NCBI GenBank assembly: GCA_965215885.1
Contig: CBDCEW010000094.1
Coordinates: 1 to 64,000, forward strand
Source of the DNA: Candidatus Moanibacter sp.
Lineage (GTDB): Bacteria > Verrucomicrobiota > Verrucomicrobiia > Opitutales > UBA2987
Direction of reading: 5' to 3'
DNA: 64,000 bases
This document shows positions 39,149-49,361 of the stretch, in pieces. Under the pieces are notes generated by a model, which had not been told where the DNA came from, did no database searches, and worked only from the letters and a program-made list of their open reading frames with translations. The translations under genes were made by a program, and so were the position numbers. Each line of letters starts with the position of its first letter. The stretch's first letter is position 1.

Positions 39149-40654
39149 TCACGGCGCAGGCCAGATGCTCCGCATCTGCCACACAGTCAGGGAAACCAAC
39201 CTGGCCTCGCCGCCCCTCGCAAACACCGAAACGCCGGAGCTGTCATCCCGGCTCGGGTATGCCCGGAGGGTGAGGCACTGCCGACCGTTGGCGAAGACCT
39301 CGACGACACTATGGTCGACGAATACCCGCAACTGCAACGGCTCACCGTCCTCAAGGTGGAGCAGCCCGATTTCCGGTGAGCGGGACTGCACCGCCGGGTC
39401 GAGCGAGGCGTGGGATACATCCAGCATCAATGTGCGTGTGCCCGAACCGCGTCTCTCGCGCATGAAGAGCGTTATATCCGTCCGCTCCTCGCCGTCAGGC
39501 GAGCGCAGGACCCGCAAACCAACTTCGCGTGCGTCCATGGGGTCGATTTCGGCGACGAGTTCCAATGACTTTCCGTCTACGCCCGGCGCGATGTACTCAC
39601 TGTTGCCTGGCACCTCGACGTCTTTGATATGCACCGGATCGCAACGCAGATTTTCAAGTTCCGCGACCGGCTCGATCCTCAGCGGGTGCGCCGCCCGCGC
39701 TTTCTCCGACACTTCTGTATTGAGCGACAAGTGCCGCGGCAGAGACATCAGTTGCTCCCACCCCTCCTGCGTGCGGTTCTCCTTCACGTTCCAGATGGCG
39801 ATACAGCGACCGTTGGGGTCAACGAATCCCGAAGGCGCGTGGACACTCCCGCGCCCGAGTGGCCCGTAATTCAACCGACCGCGAGACTCTATCCGGTAGC
39901 GGCCCTTCTCGGAATCAAACGTGCCGACGTAATACAATGCATTCTGACGTTTATGGCTGAAGAAGAGCAGCAGATGCTTTCCATCCCCGATCGGCAGGAA
40001 ATTGTTGCACGAACAGTCTCCTCCCGCTTCTTCAAAGTGGACATCCTCGAAAAGGATGCCCATGGAATCCCAGGCCGCGAGGTCTCTTGATCGATACAAC
40101 TCCAACGTTCCCCTTCCATTGGGAAACTCGACGGTCGACCGGAACTCGGAAGTTCTTACCGTCATGTAAAAACTCCCATCCTGACTCCAGATAAAATTGT
40201 CGTTACCCGGCTGAAGGACCGGATTATCAGGATGCTCAACCCAGTCCAGCAGGTCCGGGTCCGATGCGGTGGCCAGGCTGACGGCGCCGTGTTCGTGGGT
40301 GGCATACCCCATGACCGCGCGGTTGCCGCCCGCCCACACCTGCCCGGTGCCCCCGTGGATCGTAGGACTCGCGATCGGCTGATCGCACCAGTGCACAAGA
40401 TCGTCGCTGACTGCGTGCCCCCGCGCCCACTTCATCGTCGGTGTGATGAAGAGGTAGAACAGGTGGAAATTCCCCTTCCAGAAGCACAATCCCGCCGGGT
40501 CGTGGAGCCCGGCGCCGGGAGGGGAGAAATGGTAGCGCGGACGGTAAGGGTCGTCCGCCAGGGACTCCCGGGAGCGCCGGAAAAGGTCCACCTGGTCCTC
40601 GCGGGAAAGAGAGGAAAAATCGGTTGTGGCCCAGTCGATGTTTTCTCGTTTCAT
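39149..40654 (-). CDS. Glycoside hydrolase family 32-like protein with atypical catalytic motifs
   Basis: DPYRPRYHFSPP, HDPAG, GHAVSDDLVHW, MSLPR, VFVDHSVVEVFANG. Confidence 0.88.
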   Translation of the reverse strand: MKRENIDWATTDFSSLSREDQVDLFRRSRESLADDPYRPRYHFSPPGAGLHDPAGLCFWKGNFHLFYLFITPTMKWARGHAVSDDLVHWCDQPIASPTIHGGTGQVWAGGNRAVMGYATHEHGAVSLATASDPDLLDWVEHPDNPVLQPGNDNFIWSQDGSFYMTVRTSEFRSTVEFPNGRGTLELYRSRDLAAWDSMGILFEDVHFEEAGGDCSCNNFLPIGDGKHLLLFFSHKRQNALYYVGTFDSEKGRYRIESRGRLNYGPLGRGSVHAPSGFVDPNGRCIAIWNVKENRTQEGWEQLMSLPRHLSLNTEVSEKARAAHPLRIEPVAELENLRCDPVHIKDVEVPGNSEYIAPGVDGKSLELVAEIDPMDAREVGLRVLRSPDGEERTDITLFMRERRGSGTRTLMLDVSHASLDPAVQSRSPEIGLLHLEDGEPLQLRVFVDHSVVEVFANGRQCLTLRAYPSRDDSSGVSVFARGGEARLVSLTVWQMRSIWPAP

Positions 40655-40740
40655 CTTGTGCACCCTACCTGGTATCCATAGAAGAGAGAGTGAATTCCAA
40701 TCGCTGACAACGAACACGACAAGGATCAAAATAGCCACCA

Positions 40741-42030
40741 ATGAAATTGAAAACCAAGGTTGCCCCCTTATCCCACATGGAAATCCCCCATGCCCAGTGG
40801 CCGGGGGAAAAGATCTACTTCTACTGCCCGGACTGTGACGAAGTATTCGGGCTGCGCAAATTCGCTGACAACCGCTGCGGCACTTGTGGACGCGAAGGGC
40901 TGAAGGATATTTTCCGAGAGCTCTCTGAGCGCTTGGCGAAGTCGTGGTTGTTTTACGAGCGGACGCGCTACGAGGAGAACAAGTGGCTGTTTCGCTACAA
41001 ACCCGGCAGTGAAGTATCCTTTTTCGCCACCATGCTCGCGCTGGCGTTGTACGGGGCTCTCCGGTCGCTGGGGTTTGCGTGTCCCTGGGAAGGAACCGAC
41101 GACGAGATCATAGACGAGTGGGTCGACGCATTGCTCGCCTACCGCGACCCGGAGACCGGTCTGATCGATTGCTCGGAGATCGGCGGATACCTCTGGTACT
41201 CGCAAGGCCCGGACACCACCATCGAGCAGTATGTCAGCTTCGGCCTGTCGCGGACCATCGAAATGGGCCTCTTTGAGCCGGGCCGGTACACGGTAGCGCC
41301 GGGCAAAATGAAGAAGGAGGATGCGCTGGAAAGCGTCGATAAATTCCACGAGCTGGTCAAGATTCTACCCAACTCCTACGGCGGCGGATCCTGGATCTGG
41401 TGGGCCCTGATGAACCACCGCGATATCATTCGCGACCGCGGCGAAGGGGAGTCCGACGAGATGATCGAGTACGTCCACCGCTGGCTCGACGAGGGGCAGG
41501 ATCCCGAGACGGGACGCTGGCTGGCGTGCGCGGACAAGGAGTTTAATCCTGAGATAATCGCCAACGGGATGTTCAAGGTGATCTGTTCCTACACGGCGTT
41601 CGGCTGGGAGATTCACTACAAGGAGCAGATGATCGATTTCCTCCTCGACGTGCGGGCGGACCCGAAAAAGGGATTCGACGGCGACGGCACCTGCTCGATA
41701 TTCGATCCCATGATGGTGGCCTGGACCCTGCGCCAGCAGGGGTGCGATCACCGTCAGGAGGAAGTCAAGGAGGCGGTGGCGAAGTCGTTCATCGCTATCA
41801 ACGACCGCTGGGACGACGATGCCGGCTGGTACAAGCTAGGCACCTGGCAGGAAAAGCACAACATCGGAGTGCCCTTTTACATGGTGGCCGTAATCTTGGA
41901 ACTGCCGATCATGATCGAGTCCGGTTCCTATAACTGGCGCCGGAACCCCCTCATCACCCGCAATGAGGACGGGTCGGTGACGGTGAATGACGTGAGTTAC
42001 GAGGCGGAAGGAGTTGGGGGTGTGGGTTGA
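40741..42030 (+). CDS. Uncharacterised QDPETGxW-family protein with N-terminal CxxC-CxxC zinc ribbon
   Basis: CPDC...CGTC; YRDPETGL, QDPETGRW, NGMFK, MIDFLL, CSIFD. Confidence 0.75.
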   Translation: MKLKTKVAPLSHMEIPHAQWPGEKIYFYCPDCDEVFGLRKFADNRCGTCGREGLKDIFRELSERLAKSWLFYERTRYEENKWLFRYKPGSEVSFFATMLALALYGALRSLGFACPWEGTDDEIIDEWVDALLAYRDPETGLIDCSEIGGYLWYSQGPDTTIEQYVSFGLSRTIEMGLFEPGRYTVAPGKMKKEDALESVDKFHELVKILPNSYGGGSWIWWALMNHRDIIRDRGEGESDEMIEYVHRWLDEGQDPETGRWLACADKEFNPEIIANGMFKVICSYTAFGWEIHYKEQMIDFLLDVRADPKKGFDGDGTCSIFDPMMVAWTLRQQGCDHRQEEVKEAVAKSFIAINDRWDDDAGWYKLGTWQEKHNIGVPFYMVAVILELPIMIESGSYNWRRNPLITRNEDGSVTVNDVSYEAEGVGGVG

Positions 42031-42186
42031 CAGCGGCGGATTACGAGAAGGGCGAGTGTCCCAACGGATTCGAGAAGACAACGGATGGAGTTTGAAATAT
42101 TGGTCTGGGTTGAAAGTTGGCCAATCAGTGGAATACTGGATTGCTTCGTCATTCTTCCTCGCAATGACAAGCATGGCGTGATCAAG

Positions 42187-42600
42187 TCACGCCTCGAACC
42201 AATTCTCGAGACTGAGTTTCGGAACATTCTCAAAATGTCGCACATTTCGTGTGATTAGAAGCAAATCTCTCGATAGCGCGTGGGCCGCCAGTAGCAAATC
42301 ATTCTCCGAAATACCAACACCGTTTTGCCGCAGTTCAGCGGAAAGGTCGCTGGCTCGCAGAGCGTCACGGGGTTCGAAAGAGAGCACTTCGCCGAGGACT
42401 AAACAGCGGGTCTCAATAGTTCGCCACAGTTGCTCAAAGTCAGGGCGCAAGGCGGCACCATAACGCAACTCGCGATACGTTATAACGCTCAGATAGCATT
42501 GTCCGAGAGTAACCTCCTTGAGTCTTCTCTGCACCTCCGGATGAGGGCTTCTTTTGAGTGGCTCGCTTACAATGTTTGTGTCGAGGAGGTACACGAACAA
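42187..42600 (-). CDS. vapC: VapC PIN-domain toxin
   Basis: YLLDTNIVSE, ELRYG, NDLLLAAHA, LITRNVRHF. Confidence 0.92.
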   Translation of the reverse strand: MFVYLLDTNIVSEPLKRSPHPEVQRRLKEVTLGQCYLSVITYRELRYGAALRPDFEQLWRTIETRCLVLGEVLSFEPRDALRASDLSAELRQNGVGISENDLLLAAHALSRDLLLITRNVRHFENVPKLSLENWFEA

Positions 42601-42603
42601 GGA

Positions 42604-42873
42604 TCAGCGCAGTGCCAAATTGGATGGCTCGGTCATGGCCGGATTCCGAGAGGCAACCCGAAGCTCGTCCATTGTTTGGAAAAATGGGTCATCATCGTCC
42701 AACAAGACAAGCTTGTCCGTTGTCTCTCCCTTCGTCCCTATCGCACCAACGGGCACCAGTTTGGCCAGAGGCTTCCCCCTCCGCGTAATCAACACTTCCG
42801 CCTTGCCATAGGCGACTTCTCCGAGGAGATCAGATAAGCGATTACGGGCATCGGACGCTGTCACGATCTTCAT
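42604..42873 (-). CDS. Phd/YefM-family antitoxin
   Basis: VTASDARNRLSDLL, VLITRRGKPLAKLVP; directly upstream of vapC. Confidence 0.9.
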   Translation of the reverse strand: MKIVTASDARNRLSDLLGEVAYGKAEVLITRRGKPLAKLVPVGAIGTKGETTDKLVLLDDDDPFFQTMDELRVASRNPAMTEPSNLALR

Positions 42874-42905
42874 AATTTAGCAATTTGTACAATTTACACA
42901 CTTTG

Positions 42906-43889
42906 TCAAATTAGATTTATGCGCTGCCCACACTTTCCACTTTCGTAAGCGGCGCGGATAATGGCGATGTCTTGAGCAAAATCCTCGGCCGTGGGACCGT
43001 GTGTCTGCTCGCCCCGGATACCTCGCAGCCAATCTTCATAAACGGGCTTGTAGACGTGCTCGATGGGGGAATGGGATTCGTCTGATTGGTGGCCTTCACG
43101 CCAGGTAATCTCGAGAGAGTCACCGGAAAAGCCGATAAATGCCTCTTCAAAGACCATATAGTGATCGCCTCTCCAGCGCTGAGGCGGCGCGAAATGACCG
43201 ATCTGTTCGAATTGCATAACGCCGCCTTCCCGGTAGCCCAGTCGGGCAGAGACAAACGCCTCAACCGGTTGTTTGGGGAGCGTGACGACCTGTGCATCGA
43301 CCCATTCGGGGGTGAGGTTGGGGAGGCAAGTGCGGACAATTCCGAGGCGGTGCGGACCCAGATTCATAAACATCCCGCCGCCACTCAACGCGGGATCTAG
43401 AAACCAGCGGGGGCGGTGAGGTGTGAAGTATGGGCGCATCTGCTGGATACGACCGGTAAGAAACCGTCCCAGGCGATCCGATGCGAATAGTTCGCCGACT
43501 CGAAGGGGCCCTGGAGCAAAGACGGCGGTCTCGGCTACTTTCAGGCAGCGACCCGCCTTTTGAGCGGCGGCAATCATTACTCTACACTCATCGAAAGTGA
43601 CAGCCATCGGCTTCTCGACTAGGACATGGCAGCCGCTTTCCAGCGCACTCACGGCGATCTCGGCGTGGAGGGCATGTGGAACGCAGATCGACACCGCATC
43701 GAAATCGTCCTGCAACATGGACCGCCACTCGGTATATGCTTCTGCGTTGGCTTCCTTTGCCATAGCCTGCGATCGCTCCGGGTCAACGTCGCAGATTCCC
43801 TCAATCCTGAATGCGGCGACGCCGGCCATGCCTTTGAGGTGGTGTTTGGCTATGGCGCCGGCCCCGATAATTGCGGTGCGCAGATTCAT
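42906..43889 (-). CDS. Gfo/Idh/MocA oxidoreductase
   Basis: IIGAGAIA, HVLVEKPM, SGGGMFMNLGPH. Confidence 0.92.
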   Translation of the reverse strand: MNLRTAIIGAGAIAKHHLKGMAGVAAFRIEGICDVDPERSQAMAKEANAEAYTEWRSMLQDDFDAVSICVPHALHAEIAVSALESGCHVLVEKPMAVTFDECRVMIAAAQKAGRCLKVAETAVFAPGPLRVGELFASDRLGRFLTGRIQQMRPYFTPHRPRWFLDPALSGGGMFMNLGPHRLGIVRTCLPNLTPEWVDAQVVTLPKQPVEAFVSARLGYREGGVMQFEQIGHFAPPQRWRGDHYMVFEEAFIGFSGDSLEITWREGHQSDESHSPIEHVYKPVYEDWLRGIRGEQTHGPTAEDFAQDIAIIRAAYESGKCGQRINLI

Positions 43890-44647
43890 TTTTCGGTAAT
43901 CAGTGACCGAAAGTAATCCGCGTTTTCGCGGGCTACATTCTCTCGCTCTTCAACGGGCCATCCGTTCTCGATCACGGTAATCCATCCATTGTATCCGCAC
44001 TCTTTGAAACGTGCCACGATAGCGGGCCAATCCTGTGAACCTGCTGTACCTGGTAGAACGCGTTGGGGCGTTCCGTTCGCGTCGATTTTACGGGATTGCG
44101 CAAGCACGTTGGCGGTGATGGGAGCAAATTCGGGGATGCAGTCGAGATAGTCCTCGCCCTTCTGCATCAGGTGCAAAGAATCGTAAAGCAAGCGGAAGTT
44201 GGAATGGTTCACGGAGGCGAAAAAGGCCCACGTGCCCGCGACAGTTTCCAACGGTGAATTGATATGGTTGTTACTAGCCACGGTTACGCCTGCGGTCTTC
44301 GCCTGTTCCGCCGCTGCGCGCGCCCATTCCGTTTCACCGGAGGTCTTAAGAAGGGTGCACTCGAGATCGACACACAGCTCCAGGTAACGATCGAAGAATT
44401 CATCCCGTGCCGGGCCTTCCGCGGGCATCCCTCGCGTCGTGAGGCAGAGGACGCTCAAACCATGGTCTCGGACAATGCGGAGCAGTTGCATGCGTTCCCG
44501 CCTGGGCGTGCGTGGAGATACCTGGGTGCGGCGCAATTCCACGCCTTCATATCCCCAGTTGCCGGCATTGGCGCAAAACGCGGCGAACGAAAGCGACTGT
44601 GAATCGTACCGGTCTTCAAAAAGGAAGCCGCTAAGCGCGAGTTTCAT
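43886..44647 (-). CDS. Sugar phosphate isomerase/epimerase
   Basis: GYEGVELR, NNH, LLYDSLH, GYNGWITVIE; RBS AGGAGG; 4-nt overlap with the next gene. Confidence 0.8.
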   Translation of the reverse strand: MKLALSGFLFEDRYDSQSLSFAAFCANAGNWGYEGVELRRTQVSPRTPRRERMQLLRIVRDHGLSVLCLTTRGMPAEGPARDEFFDRYLELCVDLECTLLKTSGETEWARAAAEQAKTAGVTVASNNHINSPLETVAGTWAFFASVNHSNFRLLYDSLHLMQKGEDYLDCIPEFAPITANVLAQSRKIDANGTPQRVLPGTAGSQDWPAIVARFKECGYNGWITVIENGWPVEERENVARENADYFRSLITEK

Positions 44648-44868
44648 ACGCTCCTCCTTGCGGCGATTAAACACCCGGCATTCCGCAATTTCGGTAGGAA
44701 AAGATACCCGTCGCGCGCCATTCTTTAATTTTTTCCTTTCCCCGTCCCGAAGTCGCTGACTTTCTCAAGCATCATCGTGCGCAGCCTACCCTGAGCAAGG
44801 CCGAAGGGGAGCGCCCGATTCATGCATAGGAAGGTATTTATTAATCCAGCAATTGAATAGTAGCACTT

Positions 44869-44979
44869 TGTCATCGCGAGCCGCCCGAAGGAAGGCGTGG
44901 CGATCCAGGTATAGGAAACACTCCACCTGTCTTTTTCTGGATTGCCACGGCCTGCCGTAAGGCAGACCTCGCAATGACA
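44869..44979. repeat. TGTCATCGCGAG...CTCGCAATGACA palindromic repeat
   Basis: Homologous to 17176-17290. Confidence 0.7.
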
Positions 44980-45210
44980 TTGAGGTGGCAGAGCAAGGTG
45001 TAGGTTGAGTCCATCTGCATTCCTGTTTCACAGCAATCTAAACAAGAGCTTTCTCCGTCAACTTACGACCACCACAGAAGGTGCGGGCGAGTTTACAAGA
45101 ATTGTCACTATGTGTTGGCTGGAGTAAGGGTAGTGGAACGGCACCTCCGGTGGCGTCTGTTTTCAAACAGGTAATGACCAAATGCAATTACAAGCCCAAT
45201 AGGTAGAGAT

Positions 45211-46263
45211 TCAGATATTCCGCTGCTTCTTGCAGGGAGAAATCATTGCTGCCGCCATGACCCAGAACGGCTTGCTTCCGACATTGTAGTCCTTAATTGG
45301 CTCGAGGTGACCCGTGTCTTGGGCGACTTTGTAGGCGGTCAAACGACCGGCTGATTCACCGGCACAGTAACAGTAACGTCCGGTAGGATCGATGTTGAAG
45401 GAGCGCGGGTCGGAGGGCACGGGGAAATGCCCGAAGGGACTCAACCTACCATCGTGGGCGATATTGAATCCGATGATGCTGTCGTGCCCGCGATTGGATG
45501 CGTAGGCCCATTTTCCGTTGGGATGGATTTCGATATGCGCAGTGGCACCGCCTTTTGTGTAGTCGGGCGGAAGCGTCGAAATATTCTGAAAGATCTCCAG
45601 CGTGCCGCGATTCGAGTCGAAGCGAAGGGCGGTCACGGTATTCCCCTGCTCGTTGACGATGTAAGCGACATCCCCCTTGGGGCGAAAACAGATGTGGCGA
45701 GGTCCCGTTTCGCTGTCGGGCGGCGCCAGTTCCGGTGGGTTGTTGGGTGACAGATGTCCAGTCCTGGTATCAAAAAGAAACTGGCAGGTTTTGTTGGTAG
45801 GGCACACATGCGGGACAAACACGAAGCGATCGGAGGCATCGGTAAGGATCGCGTGTGCTTTTATCCCGGTATCGATCCGTTGCAGGAGATTCTGAATGCT
45901 GCCATCGTCGCCGAGCCGATGCACGGTCAGACCGCCGCCTCCGTAATATGCCGTAAGGAGAAAGCGGCCGGTCTGGTCTGTGATGAGGTGGGCCGGGATT
46001 TCGATACCTGTGTCGACCCGGTTGATCAGGCTGAGGGCGCCCGATTCAGTGTCGAGCCGATAGCTGGCCAGTGTTGTCGACTCCACGTGCGCGGCCAGCA
46101 TGAACCGGCCGGTGGGGTGCAGAAAGAGTGCTCCGGTGGGGCCGTGGGCGTCACTCATAGACCGCAGTTCCAGCGCGCCCGTCTCTGTGTCCAATGCGTA
46201 GGCTTTGATTGTCTGGTCGCCGGTCAGGGAGACGAAGAGGAAATGGCGCGAAGAATCATTCAT
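45211..46263 (-). CDS. pgl: Lactonase, 6-phosphogluconolactonase (YbhE-type beta-propeller)
   Basis: GPRH, YIVNE, YASNRGHDS, PRSFNIDPTG, PFWV. Confidence 0.85.
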   Translation of the reverse strand: MNDSSRHFLFVSLTGDQTIKAYALDTETGALELRSMSDAHGPTGALFLHPTGRFMLAAHVESTTLASYRLDTESGALSLINRVDTGIEIPAHLITDQTGRFLLTAYYGGGGLTVHRLGDDGSIQNLLQRIDTGIKAHAILTDASDRFVFVPHVCPTNKTCQFLFDTRTGHLSPNNPPELAPPDSETGPRHICFRPKGDVAYIVNEQGNTVTALRFDSNRGTLEIFQNISTLPPDYTKGGATAHIEIHPNGKWAYASNRGHDSIIGFNIAHDGRLSPFGHFPVPSDPRSFNIDPTGRYCYCAGESAGRLTAYKVAQDTGHLEPIKDYNVGSKPFWVMAAAMISPCKKQRNI

Positions 46264-46459
46264 TCATTGGACTCTTCGATATGCACACTTCTTCTGTATC
46301 ACGCAATCCTATCTTTCGCGAAGGCTTCAATTCGCTCGGGCCTTCTGTCTCCACTGCGCCGTGAAAAGTGTCATCCACACTTCTGAAAAGTGTGAAAACG
46401 TCGGGTAAGTCATTTTCTGCTGGTTCCCCAACTTCCCAGGAGTAAGATAAGCATCATTC

Positions 46460-47212
46460 GTGAAACTAACAGATCGTGTTTATCTCGCAGGTAGCGGAGC
46501 TCAAGGCTTTGGTCTGAGCGACGACTATGACTGCCACGTCTATCTGATAGATGGCGGCGAAGAATTGGCTCTCGTGGATGCCGGAGGGGGTAGGGATGTC
46601 GATCGGATCCTCGAGAACATCAGGGCCGATGGGTTTGAGCCCTCAAAGGTTAGGCATATGTTCTTGACTCACGCGCATGGCGATCATGCGGGCGGAGCAG
46701 CGGGTTTGCGCGCCGCTTTGAGTGTGCCCCGCGTCTACATACACCGAGATTCCGCTCCCTATTTGCGCGAAGGTGATGAAAAGGCGATTTGCCTGGACGA
46801 AGCAAAGCGGGTCGGCCTTTATCCCCCTGACTACTGTTTTCAACCCTGTCCTGTAGACGTTGAGCTGCGCGAAGGGGATATGGTTGAGGTCGGCGACTTG
46901 TCGCTCGAAGTGATCGAAACGCCGGGACACTGCGGCGGACACGTGTCCTTTCTCATGCAGCACGGAGGTAAGATGGCTTTTTTCGGGGGAGACCTGGTAT
47001 TTTTCGGCGGCAAAATATTGCTCCAGAACATCTGGGACTGCGACCTCCAGGCACAGATCGCGAGTCTTAAGAAAGTTCGCGATCGGGAAATTGATATGTT
47101 CTTTCCCGGTCACCTCACTTTTTCGCTTCGCGATGGCCAGCGGCATATTGATGCCGCCTTGAAAGTCGTCGATGGTTTGCTGGTCCCGCCCAATTTGACG
47201 TATGGCTGGTAA
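46460..47212 (+). CDS. Metallo-beta-lactamase-fold hydrolase
   Basis: THAHGDHAGG, TPGH, GGDL, PGH. Confidence 0.92.
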   Translation: MKLTDRVYLAGSGAQGFGLSDDYDCHVYLIDGGEELALVDAGGGRDVDRILENIRADGFEPSKVRHMFLTHAHGDHAGGAAGLRAALSVPRVYIHRDSAPYLREGDEKAICLDEAKRVGLYPPDYCFQPCPVDVELREGDMVEVGDLSLEVIETPGHCGGHVSFLMQHGGKMAFFGGDLVFFGGKILLQNIWDCDLQAQIASLKKVRDREIDMFFPGHLTFSLRDGQRHIDAALKVVDGLLVPPNLTYGW

Positions 47213-47285
47213 GTCCGCAGAGAGGCTAACACAGCTAACCGTGACAGATCGCAGGAATACTCGGAAACGCAAATACCCGAAGTGG

Positions 47286-47744
47286 ATGGGTAAGATGCGG
47301 GGTTTGACCAGGAAAGAGATCAAGGAATTTCTCGCCGGCCCGGTTGTGGCCAGAGTGGCCACGGTGAAACCTGAAGGAAGTCCCTACGTCACGCCGGTTT
47401 GGCAGCATTACAATGGTAAAGCCATCTACTTTATACCGCGAAAGCGATCGGTGTTTGTGAAGTATATTGAGGCCAATCCGCACATCTGCATCTCCTGCGC
47501 CCTGGATGGAGCACCCAGCACCCGCGTGATATTCGAAGGCAAGGCGGAGATCCTTGAAGGGCCGACGCTTATGAGAGGACGGACGCTGCGGATGGCCCGG
47601 AGGATGGCAACACGCTACCTTGGAAAGCGCGGCCCGGAGTATCTCGAGCCAACGCGCGACCGACAGCGCTACCTTGTGCGTCTGATTCCGGACAAGGTAA
47701 CCTCGTGGGAAGGCGTTGAGTGGGCGGCTAAATACTTAGAGTGA
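47286..47744 (+). CDS. Pyridoxamine 5'-phosphate oxidase-like (split-barrel flavin/F420) protein
   Basis: ARVATVKPEGSPYVTPVW, NPHICI, LIPDKVTSW; start uncertain. Confidence 0.8.
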   Translation: MGKMRGLTRKEIKEFLAGPVVARVATVKPEGSPYVTPVWQHYNGKAIYFIPRKRSVFVKYIEANPHICISCALDGAPSTRVIFEGKAEILEGPTLMRGRTLRMARRMATRYLGKRGPEYLEPTRDRQRYLVRLIPDKVTSWEGVEWAAKYLE

Positions 47745-47762
47745 CGAACCCGAAAATCCGGG

Positions 47763-48064
47763 CTAGGAATCTGTCGGACTTTGTGATTCGATCGCTTTAC
47801 AAACACCAAATTCCGTCCGACAGATTCCTATAAAGAAAATGAAACTGAATTTTGGGACCAAATGACTCACTTAATCCTCTTCAAATGATTAACCGGCAAG
47901 GAAAGCGAATGCTTTTCCATGTCGCTGTGAAAGTTTGGCCCTGATTTTCGCATCTCGAGCACACTTCCACCAAAATTCAGTTTCATTTTCTTGTTTCTAG
48001 CAGCCTGTCGGAATGAATTCGAATGATCATTTTGAAAGAATTACAAAGTCCGACAGGCTGCTAG
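47763..48064. repeat. Second A-B-C inverted-repeat cluster with empty IS110 target sites
   Basis: A 47763-47830; B perfect 23-bp IR 47833-47855/47970-47992; C 47997-48064. Confidence 0.8.
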
Positions 48065-49032
48065 CAGATCATTCCCCGTTTGGCGCGAATGCCGTGACCC
48101 GGAGGGTCCTCGCCGATCCACCGTTCGTCTGCCGGCTCATCGGCTCGCTGGTAGCGGGAATCGGACGAGATGCGGATGGCGTCAGTGTGATTGTCCAGAC
48201 TGGCATGCATCGTGTACATGCTCAGGACGAGAAGATCACCCATGCGATATTCAGCCGACAGCCAGCGCCCTCCCAGTTCGGAACGAGCATCGATGGCGTC
48301 GCCTGGATAGTTTCCGGTTGAATTCCATCGGATCAGTTCCCTTTCTTCCGGCTTCAGATTGCGATTCTCGGCGCGCGCGCGTGCCACGATTTCGGCCGCC
48401 TCTCCTTCATTCTCGCAGTAGAGATCCACGTCGGTCTGGCCATAGGTTTCCTTGAGCTGCTTTTGCATATGCGAATTTTCCAAGACGACGAGGCCGCCCA
48501 TTCCATAGGGCATATCTCCTAATGGGGTCCACGATGTATAGAGACTCGTTGTCCCGCGACCCATAAAAACGATGTCGTAGTGGGGTGGGGTCGCGTTGGA
48601 AGTCCCCGGTGTCTTCACTCGAAACCATGTAAAGTCGAAGGGACGAACTTCATCGCCCAGGAAAAATTCGTAGAAGCTCATCATCGGACCCGTGTAGAGC
48701 AGTTTGTGCAACTCTGGGTTGTCCTTTGCGAGGCTCGCATCGAAAGACAATTCCTGCGCATCTGCTCGAACCCTTCCGTCCATCAGGGGGGCCGTCTCGT
48801 CAAGGGCGCCCCGCTTCGCCAGCTTTTGCAGCACGGTTCGACGGGCGGCGTCGACATCGTCCAAGTCTAATAAACCGGGAAGGAAGAGATAACCGTCTCG
48901 GGACATCCGGCGATGCAGCTCCTCGCGGTCGTCGAGGGTATCCGAAGCGGAATTGAGTTCCCCGAAACAGTCTGCCGACAGATCGACCGGTTTCCCACAG
49001 TGGGTCATCGGCAATTTGGCGATTGTTTCCAT
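48061..49032 (-). CDS. PhyH-family dioxygenase
   Basis: DGYLFLPGLL, PHYD, WTPLGD, MHAS, RISSDSRYQ. Confidence 0.9.
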   Translation of the reverse strand: METIAKLPMTHCGKPVDLSADCFGELNSASDTLDDREELHRRMSRDGYLFLPGLLDLDDVDAARRTVLQKLAKRGALDETAPLMDGRVRADAQELSFDASLAKDNPELHKLLYTGPMMSFYEFFLGDEVRPFDFTWFRVKTPGTSNATPPHYDIVFMGRGTTSLYTSWTPLGDMPYGMGGLVVLENSHMQKQLKETYGQTDVDLYCENEGEAAEIVARARAENRNLKPEERELIRWNSTGNYPGDAIDARSELGGRWLSAEYRMGDLLVLSMYTMHASLDNHTDAIRISSDSRYQRADEPADERWIGEDPPGHGIRAKRGMIC

Positions 49033-49361
49033 ACGTTTAGTAGTCTTTATCGACGATGCTTCACTGAATAGGACTCGATCTCATTGAAACTACGAACAGC
49101 GCGAATGAAAGTGAAGAGGAATGATCGTTTCAAGCATGAAGGTGTCTGAAGAACGGAAAGTACACTCAGTGGGATCGATGTCGAAGGAGGGTAAATTCTC
49201 CACGGATTCGAGAAAAACGCGGATTTGAGAGATTACTGCCCATCCGTGGTACTGCGGAGCCATCCGTGGGTAACTCTCCCTCTTCGTTCTCTCTGTTTCC
49301 TTCTGTTAAATCTTCATAAGCAATGAACTACCACTTGTTGTTAATCCGCGGGGAACACCAC

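Noticed and set aside
37285..41529. DGR template/variable repeat pair (suggested by the Avd-like four-helix-bundle gene)
   Set aside because: The 18 mismatches are not adenine-specific and mostly fall at third codon positions, the match is mid-gene, and no reverse transcriptase is in the window
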